From sequence record PV662128.1: a DNA stretch of 64,000 nucleotides. One strand, given 5' to 3'. This document shows positions 8,698 to 17,590 of the stretch, piece by piece (position 1 is the first letter of the stretch; each line of letters opens with the position of its first letter). The position numbers were made by a program, and so were the translations under genes. The notes beneath the pieces are model-generated. The model had not been told where the DNA came from. It made no database searches and saw only the letters and a list, made by a program, of their open reading frames with translations.

Positions 8698-9284
8698 TGG
8701 CTAAGGTATTTTTCACTTTCTCTTCGATGAATTCTGGGAAGACCACTGGATTACTGCAATCGGCCTATAATTACGTTGAAAGAGGAATGTCGGTCTTACT
8801 TCTTAAACCTAAACTCGATAATAGAGAAGGAACCGATCCACTAATTAAATCAAGAATAGGATTAGAAAGCAAGTGTGTTTTTATTCCTGATGATGGGGAT
8901 GAATTGGCCGATCTTATTTATAACAACAAAGGTGTTTCGGCAATATTCATCGACGAGGTTCAGTTTGTTTCAGTACAGGCGCTCACCGCCATTATGGTAA
9001 TATGCGACGCTATGGATATTCCTCTTCTCTGCTACGGTCTCCGTAACGCTTATGACGGTAAAGGATTCCCGGGATCTGATTTCTTATTACGTCACGCTGA
9101 TAAACTGGTCGAATGCAAATCCATTTGTTGGTGCGGTAAAAAGGCAACCCACAACATGATGGTCGTGGATGGACAAGTGGTAAGGGAAACCACGTCAGGG
9201 GGAAATATGGTAGTGGGCGGTAATGAACTTTATCACGCCGTATGTCGACAGCATTTCTTCGAGGGTAAATACAAAAACGATTAA
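8697..9284 (+). CDS. tdk: thymidine kinase
   Basis: SSMNSGKTTGLL P-loop, IFIDEVQF, CYGLR, and C-terminal Zn ligands CWCG...YHAVCRQH; true start MAKVFF at 8697. Confidence 0.95.
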   Translation: MAKVFFTFSSMNSGKTTGLLQSAYNYVERGMSVLLLKPKLDNREGTDPLIKSRIGLESKCVFIPDDGDELADLIYNNKGVSAIFIDEVQFVSVQALTAIMVICDAMDIPLLCYGLRNAYDGKGFPGSDFLLRHADKLVECKSICWCGKKATHNMMVVDGQVVRETTSGGNMVVGGNELYHAVCRQHFFEGKYKND

Positions 9285-9362
9285 CTTATATTTATTTTGA
9301 GGTCTACATTATCATGGTGTAAGCATAGTACGTTTTTATTTTCCTTTTTAGGAGTTAACATC

Positions 9363-9857
9363 ATGATGAGTCAACTTGTAAATATTCTGAGTGAACACAG
9401 ATCGGCGTTTATTTGGCCCACCAACATCCTTCAGTTAGAAGACGATTACTTTTATCTCTCGGTCAAAATTACGGAGAGTGGCGTGGTCAAATGTGTCTTC
9501 CGGAACAAGCTTACCAAAGACGTCCGTAAGTTAGACTTCTCTGATAGCATTTTTGATAAAGAGGGGCTATGGGATTATTTCAATGCGATCGGCAAAGAAG
9601 TCTACGCCATTGGGATTGACTACGGTAAAGGGTTCCAACTGAAAATGTTGTTTGAGCCGATTAAGGCGATGGCTACCGATCAGGCGCATAAGCCTTACAA
9701 CGGCCATCTTCCAAGGGACATAAGAACTCCGTTATTCTCTCCGGTCAATGCTCACAGCATTTATCTCGATGAAAACGGCGAGGTTACTCTAGATGGTTTC
9801 GAATGGGCGTCTCGTGGATTGCAATTAAAAATCATTGAAGAGCTCTTAATTAACTAA
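9363..9857 (+). CDS. hypothetical protein
   Basis: ATG at 9363 after AGGAG (track start 9297 is upstream of the SD). Confidence 0.7.
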   Translation: MMSQLVNILSEHRSAFIWPTNILQLEDDYFYLSVKITESGVVKCVFRNKLTKDVRKLDFSDSIFDKEGLWDYFNAIGKEVYAIGIDYGKGFQLKMLFEPIKAMATDQAHKPYNGHLPRDIRTPLFSPVNAHSIYLDENGEVTLDGFEWASRGLQLKIIEELLIN

Positions 9858-9900
9858 TTAATGTTATGCTAATTAGCTCATCACTGTAAAGAGGATTAAG

Positions 9901-10377
9901 ATGAAAAACCTGCTCAATTTAGTGCTCAAATTTTTTATTGAGCTTAACCCAGGCCTGGCCGTGCTGATGGAAGGTGGTTCGATCGTCAATGTGGTTGAAA
10001 AATCAGACATCGATCGTTACGCTGGTGATATCATGCGCCCAGACGGCACAACCAAGGTTCTGTCGGTAACCTGGAAACCGGGTACATTTAAAGGCGTGTT
10101 CGGTCTCGATCCAGCTTTCGCTCCTGTCACGCAGGATGAAGCCGGCACCACCGAAGGTATCTTCCTGAAGACCGACGGCACGCCTTACTTTGCGTTGACA
10201 GCTGAAAATGCCACCGAAGCCAAAATCGAAGAAATCCTCGGATATGCTTTCGAAGAAGGTACGGTCGCAGTAGACACCGAAACCAAAAAGGTTAGCTTCG
10301 CAACGTCTACCATCGTTGCTGAAGTCGATCTGGTCGTTATCGAAGCGGCTCCGGTGGCCGACGGCCAACTGCCGTAA
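9901..10377 (+). CDS. hypothetical protein, possibly virion-associated
   Basis: 158 aa, GAGGA upstream, Thr/Ala/Glu/Val-rich, codon usage resembling the structural genes. Confidence 0.65.
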   Translation: MKNLLNLVLKFFIELNPGLAVLMEGGSIVNVVEKSDIDRYAGDIMRPDGTTKVLSVTWKPGTFKGVFGLDPAFAPVTQDEAGTTEGIFLKTDGTPYFALTAENATEAKIEEILGYAFEEGTVAVDTETKKVSFATSTIVAEVDLVVIEAAPVADGQLP

Positions 10378-10385
10378 TAAGTAAC

Positions 10386-10419
10386 CTACTCCTACGTCCT
10401 TAACGGGGCGTAGGAGTAG
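10386..10419 (+). terminator. hairpin terminator (ACTCCTAC family)
   Basis: CTACTCCTACGTCC ... GGGCGTAGGAGTAG, 14-bp stem with one G-U pair. Confidence 0.75.
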
Positions 10420-10482
10420 TTCGTTAATTATAACTGACTTTTTTAATATATAACCACCAACGTTCATTTAGGACATAACACC

Positions 10483-10689
10483 ATGTTGTATAACGCAATT
10501 GAAGTATGTTTTATCGTAGCCTCTATTCTTTCCTTTATCTGGGTAATGAAGAAGAAAGGAACTGGGGCGATGTTAATTATTGCGTTTTCTATTGTTGTCG
10601 TGGCAGGATGTCGTTATCAAGATAACGCCGATACCGAACAAACTTTAGAACATCCAAAATATACCAAATCTAACTGCGGCTGCTTATAA
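10483..10689 (+). CDS. small membrane protein
   Basis: 68 aa, two hydrophobic segments, AGGA upstream. Confidence 0.6.
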   Translation: MLYNAIEVCFIVASILSFIWVMKKKGTGAMLIIAFSIVVVAGCRYQDNADTEQTLEHPKYTKSNCGCL

Positions 10690-10766
10690 GAGGAACTGAT
10701 TATGTTACCTTTAGAGTAAATAGAATGAAAAGCTCAAACTAGCCGTTATTCTTATCGGAGTTTAAT

Positions 10767-11906
10767 ATGTTTATTTCTAAGAAAGCTAAACTCCGACTCT
10801 ATAAAGAAGATGTGGAGTTAGTTAATAAGACCTTTGGTTGTCGGAGATTTGTGTGGAATCAGTTACTGGGTCTACATAAAGATCGTTATGAAAAATGGAA
10901 AGAGGATAGAAGCTTAGAGAAACCTAAAGTTTCTATTTCTATCTTTAGAGAGCAATTTAAACAGATTAGATTAGAATACCCTTGGTTAAATGAAGTAAGC
11001 TCTATTGCTTTATATGAGACTATTACCGATCTTTATAACGCCTTTCAAGGTTTCTTTAAGAACGGCAGGGGATATCCGAAATTTAAATCTAAACGAGGAA
11101 TACAGTCTTTTAGAATACCCTCTCGAGTCAACATGCAAATTTCAGATAATCGAGTTAGAATACCTAAGTCGAATTATTATGCGAGGTTCTCTAAAAATAC
11201 GGTTTTAAATGATCCTTCTTCCTATACGGTCACTCGGGATAACGTAGGGGATTATTTCATTTCTTTCGTAGACCAGATCGAAGAGATCGAACCCGAACCT
11301 GAAAGTAAAGGTAAGTTCGTAGGCATTGATTTAGGGATTAAATCCTTAGCGGTGATTAAACCGAATAAAGCGGAGCCCTGGGAGTTACAGAATCCCAAAA
11401 CGTATACCAAATATCAAAAAAGGAGAACGGCCCTACAACGTCGTTTAATGAAAAAGAAGGAAGGGAGTCAAAACAGAAATAAAGCCAGAATTAAATTAGC
11501 GAAGTTAGAACGTAAAGTTGCTAATATTCGTAAAGATCTTTTACACAAATTTACGACTACACTGATTAAAGAAAACCAAATGATCAGTATCGAAGATTTA
11601 AATGTAAAAGGGATGGTTAAAAATCATAGCTTAGCTAAACATATTCAAGATTGTTCTTTTGGTACGATTAGAACAATGCTGGAATATAAGGCTAAGCGTT
11701 ATACTCGAAATAAAACCATCACTATCGTTAATCGATTCTTTGCAAGCACCCAGCTCTGTTCTCAGTGCGGTGTTCTCCCTAAAGAACGTATCGGACTTAA
11801 AATCAGGAATTGGGTATGCTGGAACTGTGGGACTCATCACGATAGAGATATCAATGCAGCTACGAATATCCTTAACGAAGGAATTCGCTTAACTCAACCT
11901 TCCTAG
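10767..11906 (+). CDS. tnpB: TnpB (IS200/IS605 OrfB-family) RNA-guided endonuclease
   Basis: N-terminal KTFGCRRFVWN, GYPKFKSKR, RuvC-I VGIDLG, RuvC-II ISIEDL, Zn finger CSQC/CWNC, RuvC-III DRDINAATNI; all three catalytic acidic residues present. Confidence 0.95.
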   Translation: MFISKKAKLRLYKEDVELVNKTFGCRRFVWNQLLGLHKDRYEKWKEDRSLEKPKVSISIFREQFKQIRLEYPWLNEVSSIALYETITDLYNAFQGFFKNGRGYPKFKSKRGIQSFRIPSRVNMQISDNRVRIPKSNYYARFSKNTVLNDPSSYTVTRDNVGDYFISFVDQIEEIEPEPESKGKFVGIDLGIKSLAVIKPNKAEPWELQNPKTYTKYQKRRTALQRRLMKKKEGSQNRNKARIKLAKLERKVANIRKDLLHKFTTTLIKENQMISIEDLNVKGMVKNHSLAKHIQDCSFGTIRTMLEYKAKRYTRNKTITIVNRFFASTQLCSQCGVLPKERIGLKIRNWVCWNCGTHHDRDINAATNILNEGIRLTQPS

Positions 11907-12020
11907 GTTAAGGGTATTTACTTATCCCTACCCTTGGTCTGAGGGGAAGTTAAGCCTGCGGAGCCGGGTTGCAGTTAGAACCCCCTATGAAACAGGAAAT
12001 TGAAAAATATGCGACATTTT
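11860..12020 (+). ncRNA. putative TnpB omega-RNA (right-end RNA) scaffold plus candidate guide; boundaries approximate
   Basis: Directly 3' of tnpB: stems AAGGGTA/TACCCTT (11910-11935) and GGGTT/AACCC (11966-11983), and the GCCTGCGGAG...TGAAACAGGAA pattern with CCTG (11955-58) / CAGG (11993-96) complementarity typical of IS605 right-end RNA. Confidence 0.6.
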
Positions 12021-12308
12021 TATGATTTGCTCAAGGTTTGCAAAGAACTCGTATTCTCTCATACTTTCAACGAAAGCAATCCTGACAAGGGTTACTTCGA
12101 TACCTGGAAGTGGCGAAAGCTACTCATTAACGTGGTGAGCGTGACGTATAACACTCCTAAGCTTGCTGCGCTCACTCCACTCTTAAAGTCAATTTCTAGT
12201 AAAGAAGACGGGTTGACAATTTCCCCACAAACCGACAGCCAAGGACGGGTCACGCGAATCACTGTGACGCACAATAATAAATCAGTAGGTTTCAGATTCA
12301 AACGTTAA
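12009..12308 (+). CDS. hypothetical protein
   Basis: ATG 12009 (MRHFYDLL), in frame with the track's TTG at 12000; CAGGA upstream. Confidence 0.65.
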   Translation: MRHFYDLLKVCKELVFSHTFNESNPDKGYFDTWKWRKLLINVVSVTYNTPKLAALTPLLKSISSKEDGLTISPQTDSQGRVTRITVTHNNKSVGFRFKR

Positions 12309-12321
12309 AGGAATAAAGACC

Positions 12322-12894
12322 ATGGGATACATCGAGCTTAAACACGGAACTGATAAAGACTACGTTCCCTACCGCACCAACGACATCTACGAGTTAGATG
12401 AAGATATCGCCGTCTTAACCGACGACAGTCGGGTTATTGACGAAAATAAAGAAACCTACTTTTTTGCGCCAGGGGTAGACGCGGAAAATATCAAGGTTAA
12501 GGTCGGTGATATAAACCAGTTTTTACTCTTCTGGTCTGTAAAGGAAGGTGTCGAGGTTAGACTCGTTTCGTTTGGAACTGGGAGAAAAACTACAAAGGTG
12601 GTTGGGTTCCTCATGACCGAATTCCATCACCATTCCATTTACGCCAGCGTGTTCTCGTCTCTGTTACATCGAGAATCGAAAATGAATCTCCGTAGCAATA
12701 AGTTAGCGACGGGGATCATGTGTAAATTACTTCATCGTTGTCTCAAAAGTTTTAAGCTCCAGCATCCTTCACTTGGACGGATCTGTCTCGATATCGTATC
12801 TGATAATGGTGTTATCAAGTACGTTAACCAACACGGTAATTTTAGTGGATTGTATTATCGATTCAATCCAGGATTTAAACCAGAATTACGCTAG
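12322..12894 (+). CDS. hypothetical protein
   Basis: 190 aa, AAGGA upstream. Confidence 0.75.
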   Translation: MGYIELKHGTDKDYVPYRTNDIYELDEDIAVLTDDSRVIDENKETYFFAPGVDAENIKVKVGDINQFLLFWSVKEGVEVRLVSFGTGRKTTKVVGFLMTEFHHHSIYASVFSSLLHRESKMNLRSNKLATGIMCKLLHRCLKSFKLQHPSLGRICLDIVSDNGVIKYVNQHGNFSGLYYRFNPGFKPELR

Positions 12895-12902
12895 GAAAAA
12901 TC

Positions 12903-13445
12903 ATGTCTGATATCATCAGTTACAATAAAGCGCAGCTGGTTAATGGGTTCGAACTCGTTTGCCATCATCGCACCATTCACCTGTTTGAAGATGTTTTCGA
13001 AAAGGGCAGGTACAATAAAGAGTTCGTTGCTAAATTTGACGAGCTGGAAGTATTTTTGGATGTTCGTTACGCGATCATCTTAGGGAGAAAAGATAAAGAC
13101 CTCACACTGCATCTAATTCGCAGTAATGCGGCTCGTGAGATCGTCAGCTGGGACTATCATTACAAGTCCAATGATAACGGACTTGACAATTGGAAGATGG
13201 AAGCCATCGGCCAGTTTATCGTCAGTGACATGGAGCAGGGATATTTCTCCCTCTCCCCTGGTTATCGAAGCGATATCAACGACCTACTGACTTATATCGG
13301 TGGTCAAGAGAAAGAGGTCAATATTCGCAATACCGAAATCAGCGTCAGTGAAGGCAAATTTAACTTCGTCGGCCGTAACGGACAACTCGGCCCGGGTTTG
13401 TTGTCAGAGACCAAACCAGTTAACCTCATTAAGTTGTGGGCATAA
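12903..13445 (+). CDS. hypothetical protein
   Basis: 180 aa, AGGA upstream, ends at a convergent hairpin. Confidence 0.75.
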   Translation: MSDIISYNKAQLVNGFELVCHHRTIHLFEDVFEKGRYNKEFVAKFDELEVFLDVRYAIILGRKDKDLTLHLIRSNAAREIVSWDYHYKSNDNGLDNWKMEAIGQFIVSDMEQGYFSLSPGYRSDINDLLTYIGGQEKEVNIRNTEISVSEGKFNFVGRNGQLGPGLLSETKPVNLIKLWA

Positions 13446-13484
13446 TAATAACTCCTACTCCCTTATCGGGAGTAGGAGTTATTA
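13446..13484. terminator. bidirectional terminator hairpin (ACTCCTAC family)
   Basis: 17-bp perfect stem TAATAACTCCTACTCCC / GGGAGTAGGAGTTATTA between convergent genes. Confidence 0.85.
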
Positions 13485-13495
13485 GCTTTTTGTTT

Positions 13496-15550
13496 TTAGA
13501 ACAAATCTAAAACTGAGGATGTGGATTTTGGAAGCGGCATGGTAGGTAATTCGAAATCCATTAACTCCAATGCCTCTTCTCCACCGATAGCCCTCAATGA
13601 AGGATTATTCAGTGTACTCTGAGATAACAGCTCTTCAACGTTGTCCCTCGACCACTGTAGAATATCGATGGACCGGGTCATGATGTTGATTTCTTTACCG
13701 GTGTCCAGCTCTATCATCCAGAAGAAGCAAGGTTTATCCTGACCTTGTCTGAAGATACGCGCCTTGGTCTGTTTCAGCTCGTAATCCCTCCAAGGTGCGT
13801 CCATGAGGATCTCCTGGTTAGCCACGACCATGTGCGCGGATTCTCTCAAAGATCTGAAGGTGGTAACCGCTGGGTTCAGATCAGGTTCCGTATCAAACCG
13901 TTTGATCAGGACGTCTTTAGACTGATCAGCATCACCGTAAATCAATAACGGCTTAAAACCTTCCTTGTTAAGCACACTATAGACTTCATTCAGCACATCC
14001 ACATAAGACGTAAAGATCAATGTTTTCTTCTCTACGTTGTTTATCATAGATGGAAGTCCTGCGTGCGCAACAACGGCCCTTACGGCTTCTATACGAGCCT
14101 TACCCAACACATTACCTAAAGCCTCCCCTCTTATCTTCAAGCCAACGTACTTAACAGCCGATTTGATATTACGGAACTGTTTCAGCTGCTCTCCACGTAA
14201 TCGAGCTTCAATATCAATTTCGACGTTCTTAGCATACTGGGAATCGGCTGAGTCAGTAAAGTTATTATAACCGTGAGTTCTGAACCGATTCACGATCTGT
14301 TTGTATTTAACCAGTTCGCCCAACTTACCGTTGTCATCCTTAACGTAGCTTTCGTAATCGTCTAAAACGTGATTAAAGAAAGCCAAAAACATCGGCATGT
14401 TTTGTTCGTAGAACTTGACTCGGTTCTGTATGTAAGAAAGCATTTCGAGTCTAATGGCTTTCAACGTGAATCGTTCGCCATTAGGAACGGTCACCGGAAC
14501 CATTTCTACCGGTGGCTCCTCACCCATATCAAAGAGAGAATCAATGACGTAACGTGTCCTACCCAACCGATGGGCCAGAAGGGTGTTAAGTTTATCCCTG
14601 GATAGCCCGTAAGACTTCATGAAACGCTCTCTGGCGTTTCCTTTAAAGAAAGGATCTATCAGTGCAAAGATTGAATACGCTTCCCTTGCCATGGCTTTTA
14701 GCGGGGTTCCTGACATAGGAAGAGAATCATTGAAGGGATAATGATCAGCGGCTTTAATGATATTCTGGGTTTGTTTAGAACTCAGCTCGTTAAAGTTGTG
14801 GGACTCATCAACAACGAGTGACACTCCGCCTTTACCAGCCGCTTCAAAAACCTGATCGAGAATCTTAAAGAAATCAGGATTCCTCACGTAATCAATGTGG
14901 ATAAGGAAATACTCGCAAGATGGATCAAATGGTTTATTTTGACGGGTGCTCCAATACTTAGGAGGGTCAACAAAAACCTTTTCCTCCATGTGCAACTTCC
15001 AGACGGTATTGATCCCTGCGTCTGGGCAAATGATGATATGTTTTTTATTACCCGTTAATCTTGTCCACATCAAGCTAGTGTAGGTTTTTCCACTACCTGC
15101 TTTGGCGTCCAGCAAAAGCCCTTTAAGGTGGTGCGATTTCTTAACCATCTTGTAAGTGGATATAAAACCCCATTGAGTATCATAAGGTTTTATTTTAAAC
15201 TGCTTTAAAAAAGAAGCTTTGTCTATCGGATAAGCTGTAGGGGTAACAGTATCCTTTATCCAGGTATCCGTTCTGAGCTTTATTTGGAGTTCGTTAAGAC
15301 TCTTGCGACTACTCCAAGTATTTCTTGACTGGAGTATCTTTGTTATTAGATGATCCAACTCCAATAAGAAAAAGTTATCCGTAACGAACTTATTGGACCC
15401 AACACGTCTGAACATATAACGACCTGGCGTGCTTGTACCATACGCGGTCTGTATGTCGTCATTAAAGTTACGGAAGTTAACATGATTGATTTCCGTAATA
15501 GTCGGTCCTTGTTTAACATCAGGCCCAAAGATATAGTTTAACATCACCAA
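13496..15550 (-). CDS. SF2 (SNF2/DEAD-like) helicase
   Basis: Walker A LDAKAGSGKT, motif II VVDESHN, motif III SGTP, motif VI QTKARIFRQGQ; start may be the ATG at 15544. Confidence 0.9.
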   Translation of the reverse strand: MVMLNYIFGPDVKQGPTITEINHVNFRNFNDDIQTAYGTSTPGRYMFRRVGSNKFVTDNFFLLELDHLITKILQSRNTWSSRKSLNELQIKLRTDTWIKDTVTPTAYPIDKASFLKQFKIKPYDTQWGFISTYKMVKKSHHLKGLLLDAKAGSGKTYTSLMWTRLTGNKKHIIICPDAGINTVWKLHMEEKVFVDPPKYWSTRQNKPFDPSCEYFLIHIDYVRNPDFFKILDQVFEAAGKGGVSLVVDESHNFNELSSKQTQNIIKAADHYPFNDSLPMSGTPLKAMAREAYSIFALIDPFFKGNARERFMKSYGLSRDKLNTLLAHRLGRTRYVIDSLFDMGEEPPVEMVPVTVPNGERFTLKAIRLEMLSYIQNRVKFYEQNMPMFLAFFNHVLDDYESYVKDDNGKLGELVKYKQIVNRFRTHGYNNFTDSADSQYAKNVEIDIEARLRGEQLKQFRNIKSAVKYVGLKIRGEALGNVLGKARIEAVRAVVAHAGLPSMINNVEKKTLIFTSYVDVLNEVYSVLNKEGFKPLLIYGDADQSKDVLIKRFDTEPDLNPAVTTFRSLRESAHMVVANQEILMDAPWRDYELKQTKARIFRQGQDKPCFFWMIELDTGKEINIMTRSIDILQWSRDNVEELLSQSTLNNPSLRAIGGEEALELMDFELPTMPLPKSTSSVLDLF

Positions 15551-15574
15551 TCACCCGTTATTAGGAGTAGTAAA

Positions 15575-16852
15575 ATGAATTCTGTCGACATCAACACCTA
15601 TAAGAAATTCTTCTCTGCTGTTGCCGCTGAACTGTTCAGTAATCTGGAAGATCTCAAAATCGTTTCCCATCGTCATGCGCTGTTAAATATTCTGTTTATC
15701 GACGGGATCAAAATCAGTACGGGTGAGCGTCGTCGCTATGCTTTCCACGAAAAGCATTTGAAAGCGGTCAAAGAACGTATTAACCTGGGCGACTTCTCTT
15801 TCCTCGATGAGCAGGTTCGTGATAAAGATTTCCAGCCGCGACAGTATAAAGGCGTCGAACTCGATCACGCTTATGGCTATGTGGTCAGCGCAGTACCGGT
15901 CTTCACTTCCATGGAACAGCGCGGTACCGGCGATAAGGAATTCGACAACATGACCACCGGCCAATTGGCACGCGTTGATCAGTGGTTTACTGACTACGCT
16001 AAGAAAGAAACCGGCCAGCTGAAAACCATCGCTGATCTTACCGAAGCCTGGGGTAAATTCACCACGACGGTCAAGGATCACGATCTCTACTTCGGATTCG
16101 ACATCGAAGATCATAAAATCAGTCTGACACTGGATAAGGCACCTCCTGTCGCTGATGAGGTTAAGATCCTTCGTCAGCCGGTTACCCTGGAACAGCTCGC
16201 TGAGTTCTCTGAAGATGACCAGAAGCACATCGCTGGCGTTCAGGCCGCCATTGACAAGATGAATGAACTCACTTCAGAGTTCTTCGATATCGAGCTGGGT
16301 AACAAATACCTCACCCAATTCCGTGAGCGTATTTGGGAACAGAACTTCTCCATGCCGCTTCAGTACCAAGCCAACATCGTCTATGAGTTCACCGATAACA
16401 CGCCTGAAACTCGCGCCCTCGTAGAAGCAGAAGTCGAAAAGGTTATCAGTCTGCTGAAAGATAAAGAAGCTGAGCTGGGTAACCGTGTCTACCTCGACAC
16501 TAACTCGCTGGCGACCTTCGTTATTAACGAAGAAGGCGCTAACGAATACTACGAATACCCGGTGATCCGTGAAATGTGGTCGAAGTTCGTTCGTTCGTTC
16601 GGTAAAGCGATTCTCAACCTGATGAACCAGACCGAGTCGGTTTACTTCAAACCCTACATCTCTAAGGTAACCAAAGTGGAAACCGAAGAAACCGTAGCCG
16701 TACCGGCCCGTGGCGAAACTCCGCATCTGGTCGCAGTGGATGAACCGGCTTTTGTCGAAGGTGACGAAGAAGCAACGGTCGCTGACGATTCTGCTCAGGA
16801 CGAAACCTATGCTCTCGAAGGCAATGGCCAAGCTCCTGATCAAAACGTTTAA
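15575..16852 (+). CDS. hypothetical protein with acidic C-terminal tail
   Basis: 425 aa, AGGAG upstream, strong codon bias, low-complexity E/D/A tail. Confidence 0.85.
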   Translation: MNSVDINTYKKFFSAVAAELFSNLEDLKIVSHRHALLNILFIDGIKISTGERRRYAFHEKHLKAVKERINLGDFSFLDEQVRDKDFQPRQYKGVELDHAYGYVVSAVPVFTSMEQRGTGDKEFDNMTTGQLARVDQWFTDYAKKETGQLKTIADLTEAWGKFTTTVKDHDLYFGFDIEDHKISLTLDKAPPVADEVKILRQPVTLEQLAEFSEDDQKHIAGVQAAIDKMNELTSEFFDIELGNKYLTQFRERIWEQNFSMPLQYQANIVYEFTDNTPETRALVEAEVEKVISLLKDKEAELGNRVYLDTNSLATFVINEEGANEYYEYPVIREMWSKFVRSFGKAILNLMNQTESVYFKPYISKVTKVETEETVAVPARGETPHLVAVDEPAFVEGDEEATVADDSAQDETYALEGNGQAPDQNV

Positions 16853-16869
16853 TCGATAAATAAAGAAAC

Positions 16870-16901
16870 TATTCCTCCTACCCGTAAGGGTAGGAGGAAT
16901 A
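16870..16901. terminator. bidirectional terminator hairpin
   Basis: TATTCCTCCTACCC-GTAA-GGGTAGGAGGAATA between convergent genes. Confidence 0.85.
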
Positions 16902-16920
16902 TATTTCTGTTATTTTTTTT

Positions 16921-17580
16921 TTACGGCGTTTGTTCATTCTTAGCGGCTATTAACGCTGCCTCTAATTCCTGAATGTACAATTGTTGTTTGGTTATGGTTT
17001 CGGCTTGCTTAGCAAGTTTAATTTGATCCGTCTCTGCATTAGCAATAGCGTTAAGCCGGGTAGATTCAAATATTTCCGCGTCTTCTTTCGACACATAGGC
17101 CCTGGTAGGAATACTGCCGATGTAGCTCTTCGCGTTAGTAAGTCCGAAATTAGTTTTAGTGTAATCTTGGAAGTGATCGATCAACGTGTTAATTTTATCC
17201 GCCATCTGAGGAGGACACGCTCCCAGGTCGGTATAAACAACAAATCTTTCAAAGATCACCCCGTCGATTAGGGGAAAGGATTTAATATACGTACTGGGGA
17301 TATAAACCGGAGATCCGTTTTTAGAGGTCAGGGTGATGATCGCCCCGTTATTCTCTTCTACCAGATCTAAGATACTTTCATAAGCATCTTCTGATATCCC
17401 TACTGGTTCGAACATCAATCCCCAAACATCGATATTCCTGTTTCGAAACTGTGCCGCCGTACAGACGTCTTCTACTTTATAAAAGATGGACTCGTCGACC
17501 ACTGTTGTAAAAGGTGTGATCGCGGTAAATTGTCCCGCGGCATAGAGTGAAGGAATGACGTTTTTATCAGTGTCTGCCAT
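16921..17580 (-). CDS. hypothetical (probable virion) protein
   Basis: 219 aa, C-terminal coiled coil, co-oriented with the upstream 445-aa gene. Confidence 0.7.
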   Translation of the reverse strand: MADTDKNVIPSLYAAGQFTAITPFTTVVDESIFYKVEDVCTAAQFRNRNIDVWGLMFEPVGISEDAYESILDLVEENNGAIITLTSKNGSPVYIPSTYIKSFPLIDGVIFERFVVYTDLGACPPQMADKINTLIDHFQDYTKTNFGLTNAKSYIGSIPTRAYVSKEDAEIFESTRLNAIANAETDQIKLAKQAETITKQQLYIQELEAALIAAKNEQTP

Positions 17581-17590
17581 GGACTAACCT

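Noticed and set aside
10767-11906. Nuclease-dead TnpB-derived repressor (TldR)
   Set aside because: All three RuvC acidic residues (GIDLG, IEDL, DRD) are present.
10767-12030. Type V CRISPR (Cas12f) locus
   Set aside because: No repeat-spacer array and no cas1/cas2/cas4 nearby; protein and downstream RNA fit TnpB.
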